DNA of 64,000 bases, from contig OZ024743.1 in NCBI GenBank assembly GCA_964016885.1, forward strand, positions 26,474,001 through 26,538,000, written 5' to 3'. Origin of the DNA: Eledone cirrhosa. Taxonomy: Eukaryota. The notes below the pieces were generated by a model. It was not told the origin of the DNA. It saw only the letters and a list, made by a program, of their open reading frames with translations, and did not search any database. Positions 1 to 12,261 of the stretch are shown here, in pieces (position 1 is the stretch's first letter; the number at the start of each line of letters is the position of its first letter). Position numbers and translations under genes: made by a program.

Positions 1-1479
1 TGTTTTTGTTTCATTTCCTTTCATCACAGCTAAGGTTATGCTGGAGCTCTGCCTTATAGTAGTTAAGTGTTATGATATTTTTTAATAAAATACAAGTGAC
101 TCTGTAATGTGGTTGATGGTAGGAAGGGCATCCAGCTGTAGGAAACCTACCAAACAAAGAGTCAGGAGTACTCTTCTGCTGTGTCTAAGACATGACAACC
201 TCCCTATTGCTGGTACCATGATACATTACACTTGAGAGAGCACAGGAACATTTGTAAACAAGATGCTGGCTCCCAGTGGGAACATAAGTAAGTGAAATAC
301 AGGCTTCCAGCTGATGTAAGAGGCCAGTAGCTCCACTTGAGTACTAACTTCATCTGTAATGCCTTGTCCAACCCTTGTTAGCAAGAAAAATGGATGTTAA
401 AGGGTGATGATGATTAAGTCAATATATGTGTATATTTATAATATAATGAGAATAAACCTTCAAAATAGTATAATACTACCAAACAAATTTTAGCAAGAAA
501 TATAGACAATTGACACAAGAACTTTGCCTTTGAACTCTGAAACATGGCAAAATTTGAATTCAGAATGTAAAGGTTTGGAGTTAAATACCAAAAACTGTTG
601 TTTCTCCCACTTTCTGCTCCTGTGGATTGAAATATTAAATTACTAGAGTTTGCCCCACCGTACAATGAATAATTTTTGGAGTATTATATTTTTATCAATG
701 AGTAACATCAAGTAATGTTACATAGATAAGATAACTCTAATTTCATGGTGCTTATATAAACAAAAAATGAAATGAATATAGCTATAACTTAAACAAAGAT
801 AAAAAAAAATTCTCATCTGAATATTTGTTATCAATAAAAATAATACTATGATATTCTGATATTGAGGTAGGGGTGGTTTTCAGGTGCATGTGTTTTTATT
901 GGCAGCATGACCCTCCAATGTATAACAATATATATATATATCATCATCATCATTTAATGTCTATTTTCCATGCTTGCATCAGTAAGGCTGTCATGTTATG
1001 AGGCTAGACAAGTCAGATGACCATGTCTTGCTCATACATGTTTTAGCTTGGTTTTCTATGTCTGAATTAACTTCCTAATACCAATTGCTTTACAGGGTAG
1101 ACTGGGTGTTTTTTATCGTGTTACCAGCATGGCCACCATATATTTGGAATGTGTATGACCAAATGCAATAACCGTAATAATAATTGTGAAAATCAGGTTA
1201 AGTAACTCTGAAGGTGGAAAAAAGTGGACAGAAGTGCCTCTCTTCACTTTATTTATAGGTGAGAAACGATAATGATGTGTAATATTCATGCCTTTAGTAG
1301 AAAACATTAACAAGGCATATTTAACTGGAGATTGAAAGTTTGTAGAATTGGTTTACTAAATAGTTCACCTTTGAACTAAACTAAAATGTCTACAGAAGGT
1401 CACTCAAACTGTGTGATATTCATGCCTTTTATAATGATATTAGTAACATAGCTAAAGTTAAATGGCTTTAACTAGAATC

Positions 1480-2035
1480 AAGCTGTTTCTGCCATGTTTT
1501 CTAAAACCAAATACATTCACCATCAACAAACATCAAGTAGATGAGTTTAATTACCTTGGCGTATATACCAACTCATCAAATGATATAAACAACAGGATAG
1601 CACAAGTATGGCCTGCTGTGACCTCGTTAGATAAGGTGTGGAAATCTGACATAATCACAAAAACAAAAGTTAGATTATTCAAAGCTACTGTGGAATCAAT
1701 CTTACTGTATCTCTGAATCATGATCAGTGACAAAACTTATCTCCAAAGCTTTAGATGGTTTTTACACTTGAATGCTAAGAAGGATAACAAAACATCAAAC
1801 ATCTTGACTGTGTTACAAATAAAATTCTCTACAGCGACCTCCCACTCATTAGCCATACCAAGAGAAGCCACAAATCTGCTACAAAACCTTACTATGGGAG
1901 CCCACTAATGTGAAACACAAATTCAGAAGACCTCTCAAGACATTAAAAAGAATCACTGAAGAAGATACAGAATTGACCAGTGAAGGTAGTTAATGTTGGA
2001 TCGTGTGAAATGGAAAGATTTTATCACGTCACCAC
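1480..2035 (+). mobile_element. Decayed LINE (RTE-like) RT C-terminal fragment
   Basis: VDEFNYLG...DINNRIAQ.W...LDKVWKS...TKVRLFKATVESILLY in ORF 1462-1716. Confidence 0.75.
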
Positions 2036-2329
2036 AAAAAAAGTAGATGAATCTAATAGCAGCAGTAGTAGTTGGAGGATGAGGAAGAATCAAAATTAGC
2101 TCACAAGACCAACTTATTTCTTACATTCTGCTAACTATACACATAAAATATAGTTATTGATTTCAAGATACAAAAGTCAGATATTTGGAGGAAGAGAGTA
2201 AAATAATATATTCTGAAATCCATGCCTTTCCTAGTAGTGAAAGTTATGAGAACTGAAACTGGGTTATAATCTTGATTTGCTCTAAAGTTATTGAAAAGCA
2301 TTTAAAATAGTGTATACATAAAATTTGTA

Positions 2330-3025
2330 TTGAAGTTCAGAGCTAATTGGAATGATGGACAGTTTATCTCCATGTATAAAGTGTGTATTGAGGGAGCTAC
2401 AGATGGAGAGAATACTGAACTGGATATTGGGAATGATGTGAAGATGGAAGGTGTGAAAACATTTTGTTACCTTGGAGAGAATGGATCAGACTCTGTGACA
2501 GTATCTAGAATGAGATGTGCATGGAAGCAGTTCTGGAAACTGCTTCCATGTGGTGTACTAATGAAGAGGGGAGTGTCATTAAAACTGAAGGGAAAGGTGT
2601 ATGTTGCATGTGTGAGGAGTGTCATGATTTATGGGGTGATGAACATAGAGCAACAGAAAAGGCTGGAAAGAATGGAATTGAAAATGGTTGAGTGGATGAA
2701 TGAAATATCACTGAGAAAGAAGACAAATCATAAATTGCAGAGGATGATAGGAATCGGGCCAGTGATAAATATTGTGAAGAGAAATAGAATGAGATAGTTG
2801 GATCATGTGTCGTGAAAGGGTGAAAAAAGAGACGAAAGTGAATATGGGTGGAAGTAAGGGATTGAGAAGACCCAAAAAGACATGGATAAAGATGCCGGGG
2901 AAAGAAATTAAACCCAGGGAGTTCGTGAGGAGGGATGCAGATGATAGAGAAAATGAAGAAGCTTGTCATGAGGGCCTGCTGAGCTAACCCTTACTATAAC
3001 AAGGAAAATGACCTTAAAACTTGTT
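2330..3025 (+). mobile_element. Decayed RTE LINE 3' fragment
   Basis: TFCYLG...RMRCAWKQF...LKGKVYVACVRSVMIYG and RPKKTW. Confidence 0.8.
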
Positions 3026-3605
3026 TCTACCTCCATATACTTGAATGTAAGGGAGCTTCCACATGGCCATTCGACCTACTAGAAAGAGTAGTCAATATCC
3101 CATCAATCACATTTTACAATCTTAGAAAAGGAACAAAACGTTGGATAATGTTGATCTTGATACACAAAATTACTGGGTGGTCATAGCTGAAAAGGTTTTG
3201 ATCATAAATTTGATTAAAACTCATCTACAACCTGAATAAAGTGTAAAAATCCTGGAAAGTAGTTGTTTAAGATTTGGGATGGAATCTTCATAAATGAGAA
3301 TTGTCTGAAATTGGAGCAGGCTATAACAACTAGCAAGAGATATAACAGCTTCTAATTTAGGCAAAAAAGGCCAGAGGGAAAAGTTGTCTCAGTATTTAAC
3401 TGGTACTTTATTTTATCGACTTCGGAAGGATAAAAGGCAAAGTTAACCCCGGCAGGATTGGAACTTAGAACATAAAGGTTTGTTATTAAATACCGAGCAT
3501 TTTGCCCAACTATCTAATGATTCTGTCAAGCCACCATTCTAATAAGAATTTTAGAAACAGAAAATCTGTAACAGTGTACTTTTATTTCAAAACACTCAAA
3601 ATAAC

Positions 3606-6600
3606 TTTATATATAGAGCATATAAATAAATTTACAGTAGAATAACATAACAAATATGTTTTAAATATATACATAAATAACATTACAAATGCTTAGATAA
3701 CATTATAAATTGTTCGTGATTCTTTCAGAAAAACATATTCTTTTAATGTTACAATATTAAATAAAATGTAAAGGAAGGGGTGAACAACGGAGCCAACACC
3801 AGAGCAAAAGACAGCAACATCGCGAAGTGATTTTTGAGGCAAGCCAGCACACTCGCAGTGTTGCCTCAGGTAATGGCGAGGCTAATGCACTGGAACAACC
3901 AAGCGCCCTCGCGAGATTTGCCAGTTACCTCTATTAGGCGAGCCTCCAGTGAAGAGAGGAACCTCGCAGTCAGCGGCCCAACTCCTCCAAACGTCTCAAA
4001 ACCAACAGGCTGAAAAATGTAGCTGGCCGTCAGATCAGGGTATTTGAGGGTCTTACTCCGCTCGGCTGTGGTAGCTGTGGCTCTCGTCCTAATTGCAGCA
4101 TCCAGGATGTGGGAAAGAGCAAAAGAGTCACTAACAGTGACGTCCCAGACAAGGCACCTGCCTCTCGACCCTTCAGGTCTTTTGCCGTCACTTCTGGACA
4201 ACCTAGATGGTTGTAAGATTGAGGGGAAGTTCGCCCAGGCCAAAGCTCTCCTGAGAATGAGGTTTAGCTCTGTGTGATGCGTGAAGCGGCCGGCATTCAG
4301 GTGGCAAGAAAGACCGTGGAGTCGAGGAGTTTGCCGCATCGGCATCTCAAACCCATGAAGACATCAGCTCCCACTCTGAGAGCGATGGAGACACAAAGTT
4401 CGTCCAGGCTGAGTAGGCCACCATAGTTGGCCACGGGTAGGGCATCAAACCAGTTGCCTGAGTATTTGGCACTGGCAGATAGTAAGCGGTACCTTGCAAA
4501 CTGATCTGACTGGACGAAGACGGAGTTGAAGGTGGCCTTCGAACTTATGCTGTCCCAAGTTCTCTGACTTCAACTATCCTCCATCTTCTCAGGAGGCGAC
4601 AAGCCCAACTCATTCCATTGCTGGAGAATTTCACCCAACTCCCTGTTGGAACTAGTCCATGTTGGAGAGCATGCTGCTCACCAGAGTGGAGGAAAAGAAG
4701 CAGGAGAGAAAGAGAGGGACGAACACTTACGAAGACCAAGACCCCCAAATCGCTTGGGCAACGCAACCTGATTGTGGGACTCTGGAGAGAGTCTAACATT
4801 GACCAGACACTCGAGTCTCTCGAAGATTAGGTCGTCAAAGCGTTGGAGGCAAGACGGAAATCTGTGAGAGGGCTGACCCTGAGCTGATAGAGAAGCTTAG
4901 GAATAGACAGATAGTTCCAGAGTATGTAGAAACCTTGATGGGCTTCGATAACCTCAATATTCTTCAGCAACTGCTCAAGGCCAACCATCTTCGATTGGAA
5001 GATTGACTCGAAGGCAAGGTCTGTGATTGGGGCTCCTAAGGAGCACCAAGTTGACAGGGTAGGGACCGTGATGGAAGGGAAGGACTCTACAAACAGGTCG
5101 ATTAGCTGTTGGTGTTCAGGATCCAGAGCTCACATTTGGAGCTATTGACCTGGAGACCCCAGCGACCAAGCTCCTCAACTATTTTGTTGGCAGTGGTAAG
5201 AACCATATCCGAAGTTCCCCCCAAACAACCATCGTTGAGGTACCAGACATTGCGGTCCAACTCAACCCTCATCTTGGTGACGTCATCAATGCCCAGTGCA
5301 AACAGAGCAGGCCCAAGTGGGTCACCCTGTTGGACTCCTGAGGCAGAGGTGATGGTTAGGTCACAGAAAGAGAGGTAGGAGGGCTCCTGATAAGCCTGCC
5401 AAGCAAAGTGGTAGAGTTGTGGGACCCTCTCTCTTACTGAGCCGAGAACGACGTCGTGGCTGACGGAGTTAAAAGCATTCCTGAGGTCAAGTTTGAGGAT
5501 GACCTTGGGGGACGAGGAGGGCAAGTTGGTAAATGCTCTGGTAGCATGGACAGCAGCCTCACATCCCAACTTGGTACCCACCCCCAGCTGGATGGGGGAA
5601 AATTTCTCCGCCAGTGAGTCAGCGACCAACAGCAAAGGCGCCTTTGCAGTGAGGCAGCGAAGGCTGAAGCCAACCGCAATGGGGAGCAGGTTTCCGTTGG
5701 GCTTGGTGAGATCAAATAGCTTCACACCTAAGAACAGTGGGCAGATGAACGGGAGAACGTTCATTGAAGAGAACTGATTCACAAACTGAGTCAGACTCTC
5801 CAAGAGCTTGAGTCCGGCGTCACCGGCCGATAAGGAGATACCATCCTTGAGGTGTTGAGGACGAAGGCCGTCAATTCCCATGCCTGACCCAGCGGGGAAG
5901 GATAAAATCACCTTTCTGATGATATCGGTGGTGTAAACCAGTCTCGAGTATTCTGGTGGTTCGGGCCAATGTAGCTGATCATCTGGGGGTGCCGATGGGT
6001 GCTTCTTTTTCAGTCTCTCAAGAGAATCAGAGTTGCACAGAGCAAGGGAAGATAGAGAAGAGGAGACGGACAGTCCCTTTAATGTCAAATTCGCTGAATT
6101 TGGCATTGACCGCTCGCTTGAGGTCTATCGGTTGTCTGTTGGTGGACACCGGGCTCGATGTCGAACTGAGGTGAGACGTGGTTGGGGTAGACTCAAACAG
6201 CTGGAACTGCTGCTTGAGAGAGGACGTGAGGGAATCCGAATTTGCATTGTGCACATGAAGAGAGATGAGAGGAAACAAAAACAATTTCTGCCGGTCAGAC
6301 CTAATGTTGGACGAGCAAACATTTTTCAATAAATTAGACATGCAAAGCTATTCCGAGCTCCCTTAGGGATCCGGTTAACGAGCTTTGATTTGGAGAAACC
6401 CTGGAGGGGTGTGGCAAAGTCCTTGGTAGAGAGTTGGTCATCGAAGCGTGGGGCATCCCCATGGAATACATCGGAGCTGAAGTGGCACCGATTACAGGTC
6501 CAGTATTGAAGCCTTTCGGCTTGAGCTTTGGTGATGCTGACACAGCTTCTGTGGTAGCTTGCGTGGCATAGGTGACATTTAATTGTCTTTAAGTACTGGC

Positions 6601-7300
6601 TAGTGCAGGCACAGACAGTGCCATCAGGTGGTGGGCTGGCAGCAGCCAGCATTGGAATTCGGTGGAGGGAGTGAGTCAGTAAAGAAGGCAGCAGTGGTTC
6701 TAACGGTGGGACTAGAGCAGAGGTTGGGTGGTGGGCTAACAGTTGTAGGGGTGGTGGGGTTGGCTGGGTTCAATTCGTTCGGAATCTGCGGTGAAGAGAA
6801 GGATGGGGTAGGTGGGGACAAGTTAGCTCCTCTCGTGCGTACTGAAGTTGGTGAAGAATGAGAGGTCGAAGGCTGACCGGTTGTCACATAGTCATTCCAC
6901 CAAGCTGGTCTCTTGGTCGTTCGACGCATGCCTCCGCCACTTAGAGTGGATTAGGTTAAAGTGGTGGCAACGTTATCAATCGGCAATCGTCGGTGATAGT
7001 TCGATCGAAACATCGGGCCGTTGTGCGCGAGGACGAAGTAAGGGGTGAGCAGAGGGAGGGATAGAAAGTGGTGAAGGGGAGGGGGGATTATGAGTGCGTG
7101 GAGATGAGTGTGGTCATGTGAGAGGCAGGTAAATACAGTGGAAGAGAAAGAGCAATGAAGATGCAAAGAGAAGGAAAATTAAAATGTTAGAAGTACAAAA
7201 TCTAAGGCTGTGAGTTTGTGTAATATTTGGCATGGGTAAATCCGCGGTAAAATCAGAAATTGTGAGTTTGTGTAAATATCCGCATGGGCAAGGCTGCAGT
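3606..7300 (-). mobile_element. Near full-length, decayed CRE-like non-LTR retrotransposon (Pro/Ser-rich N-terminus, PHD finger, RT, CCHC, restriction-like endonuclease)
   Basis: ORF 6326-6652 has a C4HC3-type PHD pattern. ORF 5102-6106 has RT motifs (QLGVG, LDLRNAFNSV, GVQQGDPLGPALF, WYLNDG where YLDD is expected). ORF 3866-4345 has RLE motifs (DGKRP.G, LVWDVT, K..KY, F.P..FETFG). Several frameshifts and stops. The 3' UTR is shared with the copy at 22071. The 5' boundary is approximate. Confidence 0.88.
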
Positions 7301-7472
7301 AAAGTCAAAACCTGAATGATAGTGATACAAGATGTTTACAATTACAGAGTGATTACATTACTGGTCCCGAATTCTATCAAGTGGTCAAAGCTTCTAATTC
7401 TGTGAAATAGAATGGAAGTATGGCTTGACCTTTCAGACATACCTGTCTATGAATAGATTCAGGTTATTTCAA

Positions 7473-7650
7473 ACAGACCTGTCAACCTCTAAAAATCCAA
7501 ACGGGGAGTACCATGGAAAAACAGTGCCCCAGAACGGGGAGATTTTACATAATGGAAGCCATACCAATTTTCTCAAGAGAAGACACCCTTCACACATCCC
7601 AAAAGCTATTGCAAAACTTCTCGTCAGACGGGGAGAGTTGACAGGTCTGT
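7473..7650. mobile_element. Small non-autonomous DNA transposon (14-bp TIR acagacctgtcaac, internal acgggga repeats)
   Basis: acagacctgtcaac at 7473-7486 and gttgacaggtctgt at 7637-7650; three acggggag motifs inside; no clear TSD. Confidence 0.6.
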
Positions 7651-8409
7651 AGAGGGGGTCTATTTTTTCGTTTGTTTTCTTTTGGCATAAGGTAATTCTG
7701 AATGCGCGTACATGTAAAGAATGTTCACGTACTACCCTGCTTTAAGGAAATGGAAAATCTAATATTCTGGACAGATTTTGTTTAATCATTTCTCACTTAT
7801 AGCGTTGAATATCAATATATCCTATAATCCAAGGGAAGTAACTTTACTAAAGGCTAGAATATGGCATAGCTTCTCTCGATTCAGAGACCAACTTCACTTA
7901 CTCACTTGCTATTATGAGGCTTCCCACTCATCAACTTCACATTTCACCACCACCACTACTACTACAAATGAACGAATCAACCAGGCAACAACAAAAGAAA
8001 AACTCAGAACAACCTCCGCTAAAAGCCAACTAAGATCGAAAGATGGACATGAAGGCTTGGTCGGTAATTGGGGCTCCAAGTTAACACTAAGTTAATGAGG
8101 GAGAAACCGCGATGGAGGGGAAGGACTATGTGAACAGATCAACAGTCAGCTGATGTAAAGATGCTATTGTGTAGCACTAGGTTAGCCCTGTTTCAGAAGA
8201 TCGATGATCTTTCGCATGCCAGCTGTAATTATCCCGTCTTTTCTCTGGTGTATTGTTGTATCTAGAACTTAATAGAATGTATCGTAATTTTTCAAGATAG
8301 TAGGGGTCATTTTAAAGAAATTTGGCAGCTATCCAGCAGATTCAACAACTACGAAAAAGGTGTTTTGTTAAGAGTCGGCTTACATTGCCAAGTGAAGGCA
8401 AGTGCCAAC

Positions 8410-8493
8410 AAAACATCACGTGATCGAAGTACTTCCGCTTAAGACGTAACTTCCAGAATTACGTTTTACAGCTAAATAAAGTTTACTGTTAGG
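8410..8493 (+). promoter_or_regulatory. Putative TATA-less promoter of NFKBIL1 (E-box CACGTG, ETS-like ACTTCCG, CpG-containing)
   Basis: cacgtg at 8417 and acttccg at 8431, within 80 nt of the ATG; CpGs retained in otherwise CpG-poor DNA. Confidence 0.4.
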
Positions 8494-8690
8494 ATGTCTA
8501 CATGCGGTAGGGATCGACAAAAATTGTTCAATAATGTTGTTAAGTACATTCGAGATAATCGTCCAAGTCGAGCGAAAGAATACATTAAGAAACATAGACT
8601 CGGAAAATATCTTAAGAAGTTTACGGATATCAACGGCGAAAACCTCCTTCATATATGTTGTCAGTCAACCAATTCAAGACGTTTTCTAAG
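8494..8690 (+). CDS. NFKBIL1: NFKBIL1 coding exon 1 (MSTCGRDRQK...GENLLHICCQSTNSRRFL)
   Basis: ATG at 8494, open frame to donor AG|GTAAAT at 8691; contains the first ankyrin-like motif. Confidence 0.8.
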
Positions 8691-8730
8691 GTAAATATAT
8701 ATTTATATATATACAATGATATTAAATATT

Positions 8731-8792
8731 TATTCTATTATATATATTTCAAGGGTACCAAAAACTTTGGTACGCTTTCATCAGATAAAATA
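8731..8792 (-). ncRNA. Inverted copy of the same hammerhead motif
   Basis: Reverse complement of 8841-8902 with one difference, leaving only one stem II mismatch. Confidence 0.75.
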
Positions 8793-8840
8793 CAAAGAGT
8801 GTTTTATAAATTTTGACATAGCCAAGGAAACATACCTTTG

Positions 8841-8902
8841 TATTTTATCTGATGAAAGCGCACCAAAGTTTTTGGTACCCTTGAAATATATATAATAGAA
8901 TA
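8841..8902 (+). ncRNA. Type I hammerhead ribozyme motif (PLE-type, palindromic stem III), sense strand of NFKBIL1 intron 1
   Basis: tattttat-CTGATGA-aagcgcaccaaa-gtt-tttggtaccctt-GAAA-tatata-TA-atagaata: stem I 8 bp with one G-U, stem II 12 positions with 2 mismatches, stem III ATATATAT self-complementary. Confidence 0.75.
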
Positions 8903-9603
8903 AATATGGCTTCCATTTATTTAATATCATTGAATATTTACTCCAGAAATTTGTCGAGTGCTCTGAATCAGTTATAAACATTTATATTTGTTGAATTTCC
9001 AATAAATTAAATATCCCTTTTGCTTATATATATATATATATATATATATGATTTGTGTATGTGTATTTTTAAAAAAAGTACTTTATAAGGCTTTTCTTTT
9101 TTGGCCAAAATGCATTTTTGTAATAATTCATAAAATGAGCGTTATTCTTCCAACACAAAGTTAAATAAGTATTATACTGTTTGTTCATATCGCCATATAT
9201 ATATATAATTAGGAGGCGAAGCAAGTCGAACAGAACGGACATAGCTTCGACCGTTTCCTCACTCTCTCAATACACAACTAAGTTCGTATTATTAAAATTT
9301 AAACCCAGCTGGCCAGAGTGCACACTTTCGTTAATCAATGAGGAAGACGACCCATATCTATCTATCTATATATTCAGGTTTGAGGTTCACCACTGGATAG
9401 AGCTGGTCAATTCCGTATGGTCAATCGCAATGTAATAATATAGAGAGTACTCAACGTAAAGCAGTTCAACCGTCTTTGTTTTTGTAGTTGGTGGTGCTAT
9501 TACGGAGTTAAATATAATGCAATGACAGGAGGCTCGATTTGTGTAAATCCTTGAAAGGTTTATTATACTATTTTATCTATTACATTCACGTATTATATTT
9601 CGA

Positions 9604-9661
9604 ATACCTGATGATATCACCGGATTCATACGGAACTCGGTCATTGAAATAATCATAGTAT
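9604..9661 (+). ncRNA. Degenerate hammerhead-like motif within a second foldback (arms ~9512-9570 and 9656-9714)
   Basis: atac-CTGATGA-tatcaccg...cggtcatt-GAAA-taatca-TA-gtat; stems short or imperfect. Confidence 0.5.
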
Positions 9662-10734
9662 AATAAACATTTCAATGATTTACACAAATCCAACCTCCTG
9701 TCATTTCATTATATATATATATATAATACTTTATTAGATCAAGCTTGTGACTAGGACTTTCTCTTGTGTATTCACAGTGTTGTCAGACAAGACAGCCTTG
9801 TCAGATGCTCATGAGAATGCATATAAAAAACTCTAGAGTCACAAAACTTAACTTTGTCCTTAATAAGGAATATATTAATATCTATTATCGTTAAGAGTAC
9901 TCATTCTTGCGATCGTAAATAATAAGCACCATAGACCGCCATTTGTACATTTATTTATGATTCAGTCTCATCTGCATGGTTACAGTTATTTATTGCACCA
10001 TAGTTTGGGAGATTAAGATATTACTCTGTTGATCTCCAACCTACCTTATAATGTATACATCTTAAGTATGGTCATTTGGCACCTGGTAAGGGTAATTATA
10101 TTCATACCAAGGTAGAGATGATTCTTTTCTGAGTATCGATAATGTGAAACAGTACTGACTGCCGCTAGACCATCAAAATAATGATTTGATAAATTTAGTC
10201 AACACACTACTGCAATCTTTAATATTACGGTTGTAATATGAACGTCATTAAATGTTATTAAAGAAACAACGCGGATTTATATATATATATATATTATATG
10301 CCAATATTAATATCTTTATATTTCACAATTGTTTGATTCAATACAACAACGACTGACCACACATGTGGCATTGCTAGTTTAGTGACTTCCTCTGACTTTG
10401 TTTCCTCATAACTTTCTTAATACATTTTTTCTAATCAAATCTTTGCAAAGATCAAGTTTTTTAAGTCGATAAAATGTTTTTTTTTTATATTATAGTTGGC
10501 AGTATCGGTGTAGTGTCGAACAATTTTGCTTTATGGCATAGCGTTACGGCCCATTACGATCTGAGTTCAAATCCTACCGAAATTAGCTTTGCCTTTCATC
10601 CTTACAGGGTTTATAAAATAAAGTACCAGTAATGCCCTTGGGTCGATTTAATCAACTTTCCCCTTCCCCAAAATTCTTGGCCTTGTGCTTAAATCAGAAA
10701 CCAATATTATAGTTCCTGTGGTGTGCCAGATTTA

Positions 10735-11330
10735 AACTCCTCAGTTATGGCCTGAAGAACAATAATTAACAGAGGTGGACAGATGAGTGAGTCCTAGTTG
10801 AACCACAACTGCACTTCAAATTCATCATATTACTCATTGCCAACATTTACTTAGCTGACTGCACTTCTGTACATTTCTTGCACGAAATGACCATTCATCT
10901 GCACATAGCTTCTTTAACGCCCACCAAATTACAGAATGGGAAACCTGGTTAAATGCTTTTTCCAGGTCAACAAATGTCAAGTACAGGGGCTTGCTCTTAT
11001 TCAGGTGCTTCTGCAGTTGTTTCACCAGAATGAGGACATTGGTGGTACTTCTTCACACACTTATTCCTGAGAGGGTCATGGGGGCAGAGTCCTCAAACAC
11101 CCCTTCCAACAGGTCCTGTCAGAAGCAACCGTCTGCAACTGATCCGGCTGGATCCCTAACCATCACCAGCCAAGCTTATGGATGTTATTCAACCATCTTG
11201 CTTGGGGTCTACCCCTGGGTCTCTTGCAGGATAGTTTTTGCCTGTAAAATCTGTTCATAAAGCCAAACTGCATCTCATCTAACTTAATCCTGTCCCTAAT
11301 TTTGTCCATATGTCTGCATGGCTTTCTAGC
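10735..11330 (-). mobile_element. RTE RT fragment (FVDLEKAF) abutting an RTE 3'-end fragment (11047-11330)
   Basis: ORF 10834-11025 has LYLTFVDLEKAF...IWWAL; 11047-11270 matches 32344-32615. Confidence 0.75.
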
Positions 11331-11438
11331 TTAAGAGACAATATTGTTCTTGTGTCATGATTGAAATTTTGCATATAAAATTATAAGAATAGAGGTTCAA
11401 ATCTCATTGAAGGTGCTGTGCTGGGCTGTTTCAATAAC

Positions 11439-11623
11439 TGTTTCTACTTTTGGCACAAGGCCAGCAATTACCCAGTGCATTACTGGTACTTTATTTTATC
11501 GACCCCGTAAGGATGAAAGGCAAAGTCAACCTCGGCGGGATTTGAACTCAGATCGTAAAGGGACGTAACTATGCTGGAAAGCATGGCGTCCGACCCTCTA
11601 CCGATACTGCCAATCCACCGCCA
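11439..11623 (-). mobile_element. Full-length tRNA-derived SINE (family A) with a 19-bp target-site duplication
   Basis: gctgggctgtttcaataac at 11420-11438 and 11624-11642; B-box-like gagttcaaatccc on the minus strand. Related copies lie near 3340-3540, 10495-10710, 15108-15270, 15845-16045, 23530-23720, 29520-29620, 38880-39280, 47340-47870, 48750-49510 and 53225-53620. Confidence 0.88.
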
Positions 11624-12261
11624 GCTGGGCTGTTTCAATAACCTCAGCTTATTAAGGGTTCAGAACAAGAAAATACATTTGTCCTAATCAGTTAATTCCC
11701 AAGCCTATTACAACCACTGATTCATAGAAACTCTGTCTTTTCTCTCAGCTACAACAGCCTCTGCTTATTTGGACTGGCAAGCTGCATACACCAAAGATAT
11801 GAAAGCCAGGGATTTGGTGAGGCAGAGATACAGACAATCAGGAAAGATGGAGAAACTTGTTATGGAACCCACAAATTTAGTGCCTGCTTTAGTAGGAAAG
11901 ATGCTTGTTGTTGTAGAGCTTTAACTCTCTTTATTTCTCTCACTACCCATGTTTTTCTTGAAAACATTAAACTGCAGTAGTTTAACGTGAACAGTTGCAT
12001 CAATCTAGAAGCTCCCATAAAGGTTGTGGGTATTACCTAGCTGCTGATTTTTTTCTTTCTAATAAGACAGTTTGTTTTTCCTCTATACAATCTAGATCAG
12101 AAAGAGATATGCCCTTACTAGTGTGATCACTCTGCAGCTGATGTAAGTTAGAGTAAGGTTCAGTGTTGATTTGTAATACTCATCTCTCATAAACTTAATT
12201 ACCTTAGAATGTCTTATGTTAATGACTGAATGATGTTAACTTGTTTTATATTTTAAAACAG

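Noticed and set aside
4044-7048. Multiple plus-strand ORFs over the GC-rich block
   Set aside because: They are antisense to the CRE-like retrotransposon ORF and expected from the GC content.
9745-9845. Possible minus-strand hammerhead (ttgtgac...GAAA-gtcc-TA-gtcacaa)
   Set aside because: A 7-bp stem I and GAAA..TA are present, but the CUGANGA core is not (tctagag), so it is too degenerate to call.
11530-11623. tRNA gene
   Set aside because: A/B-box-like motifs belong to SINE heads repeated many times in the window, and no cloverleaf is evident.
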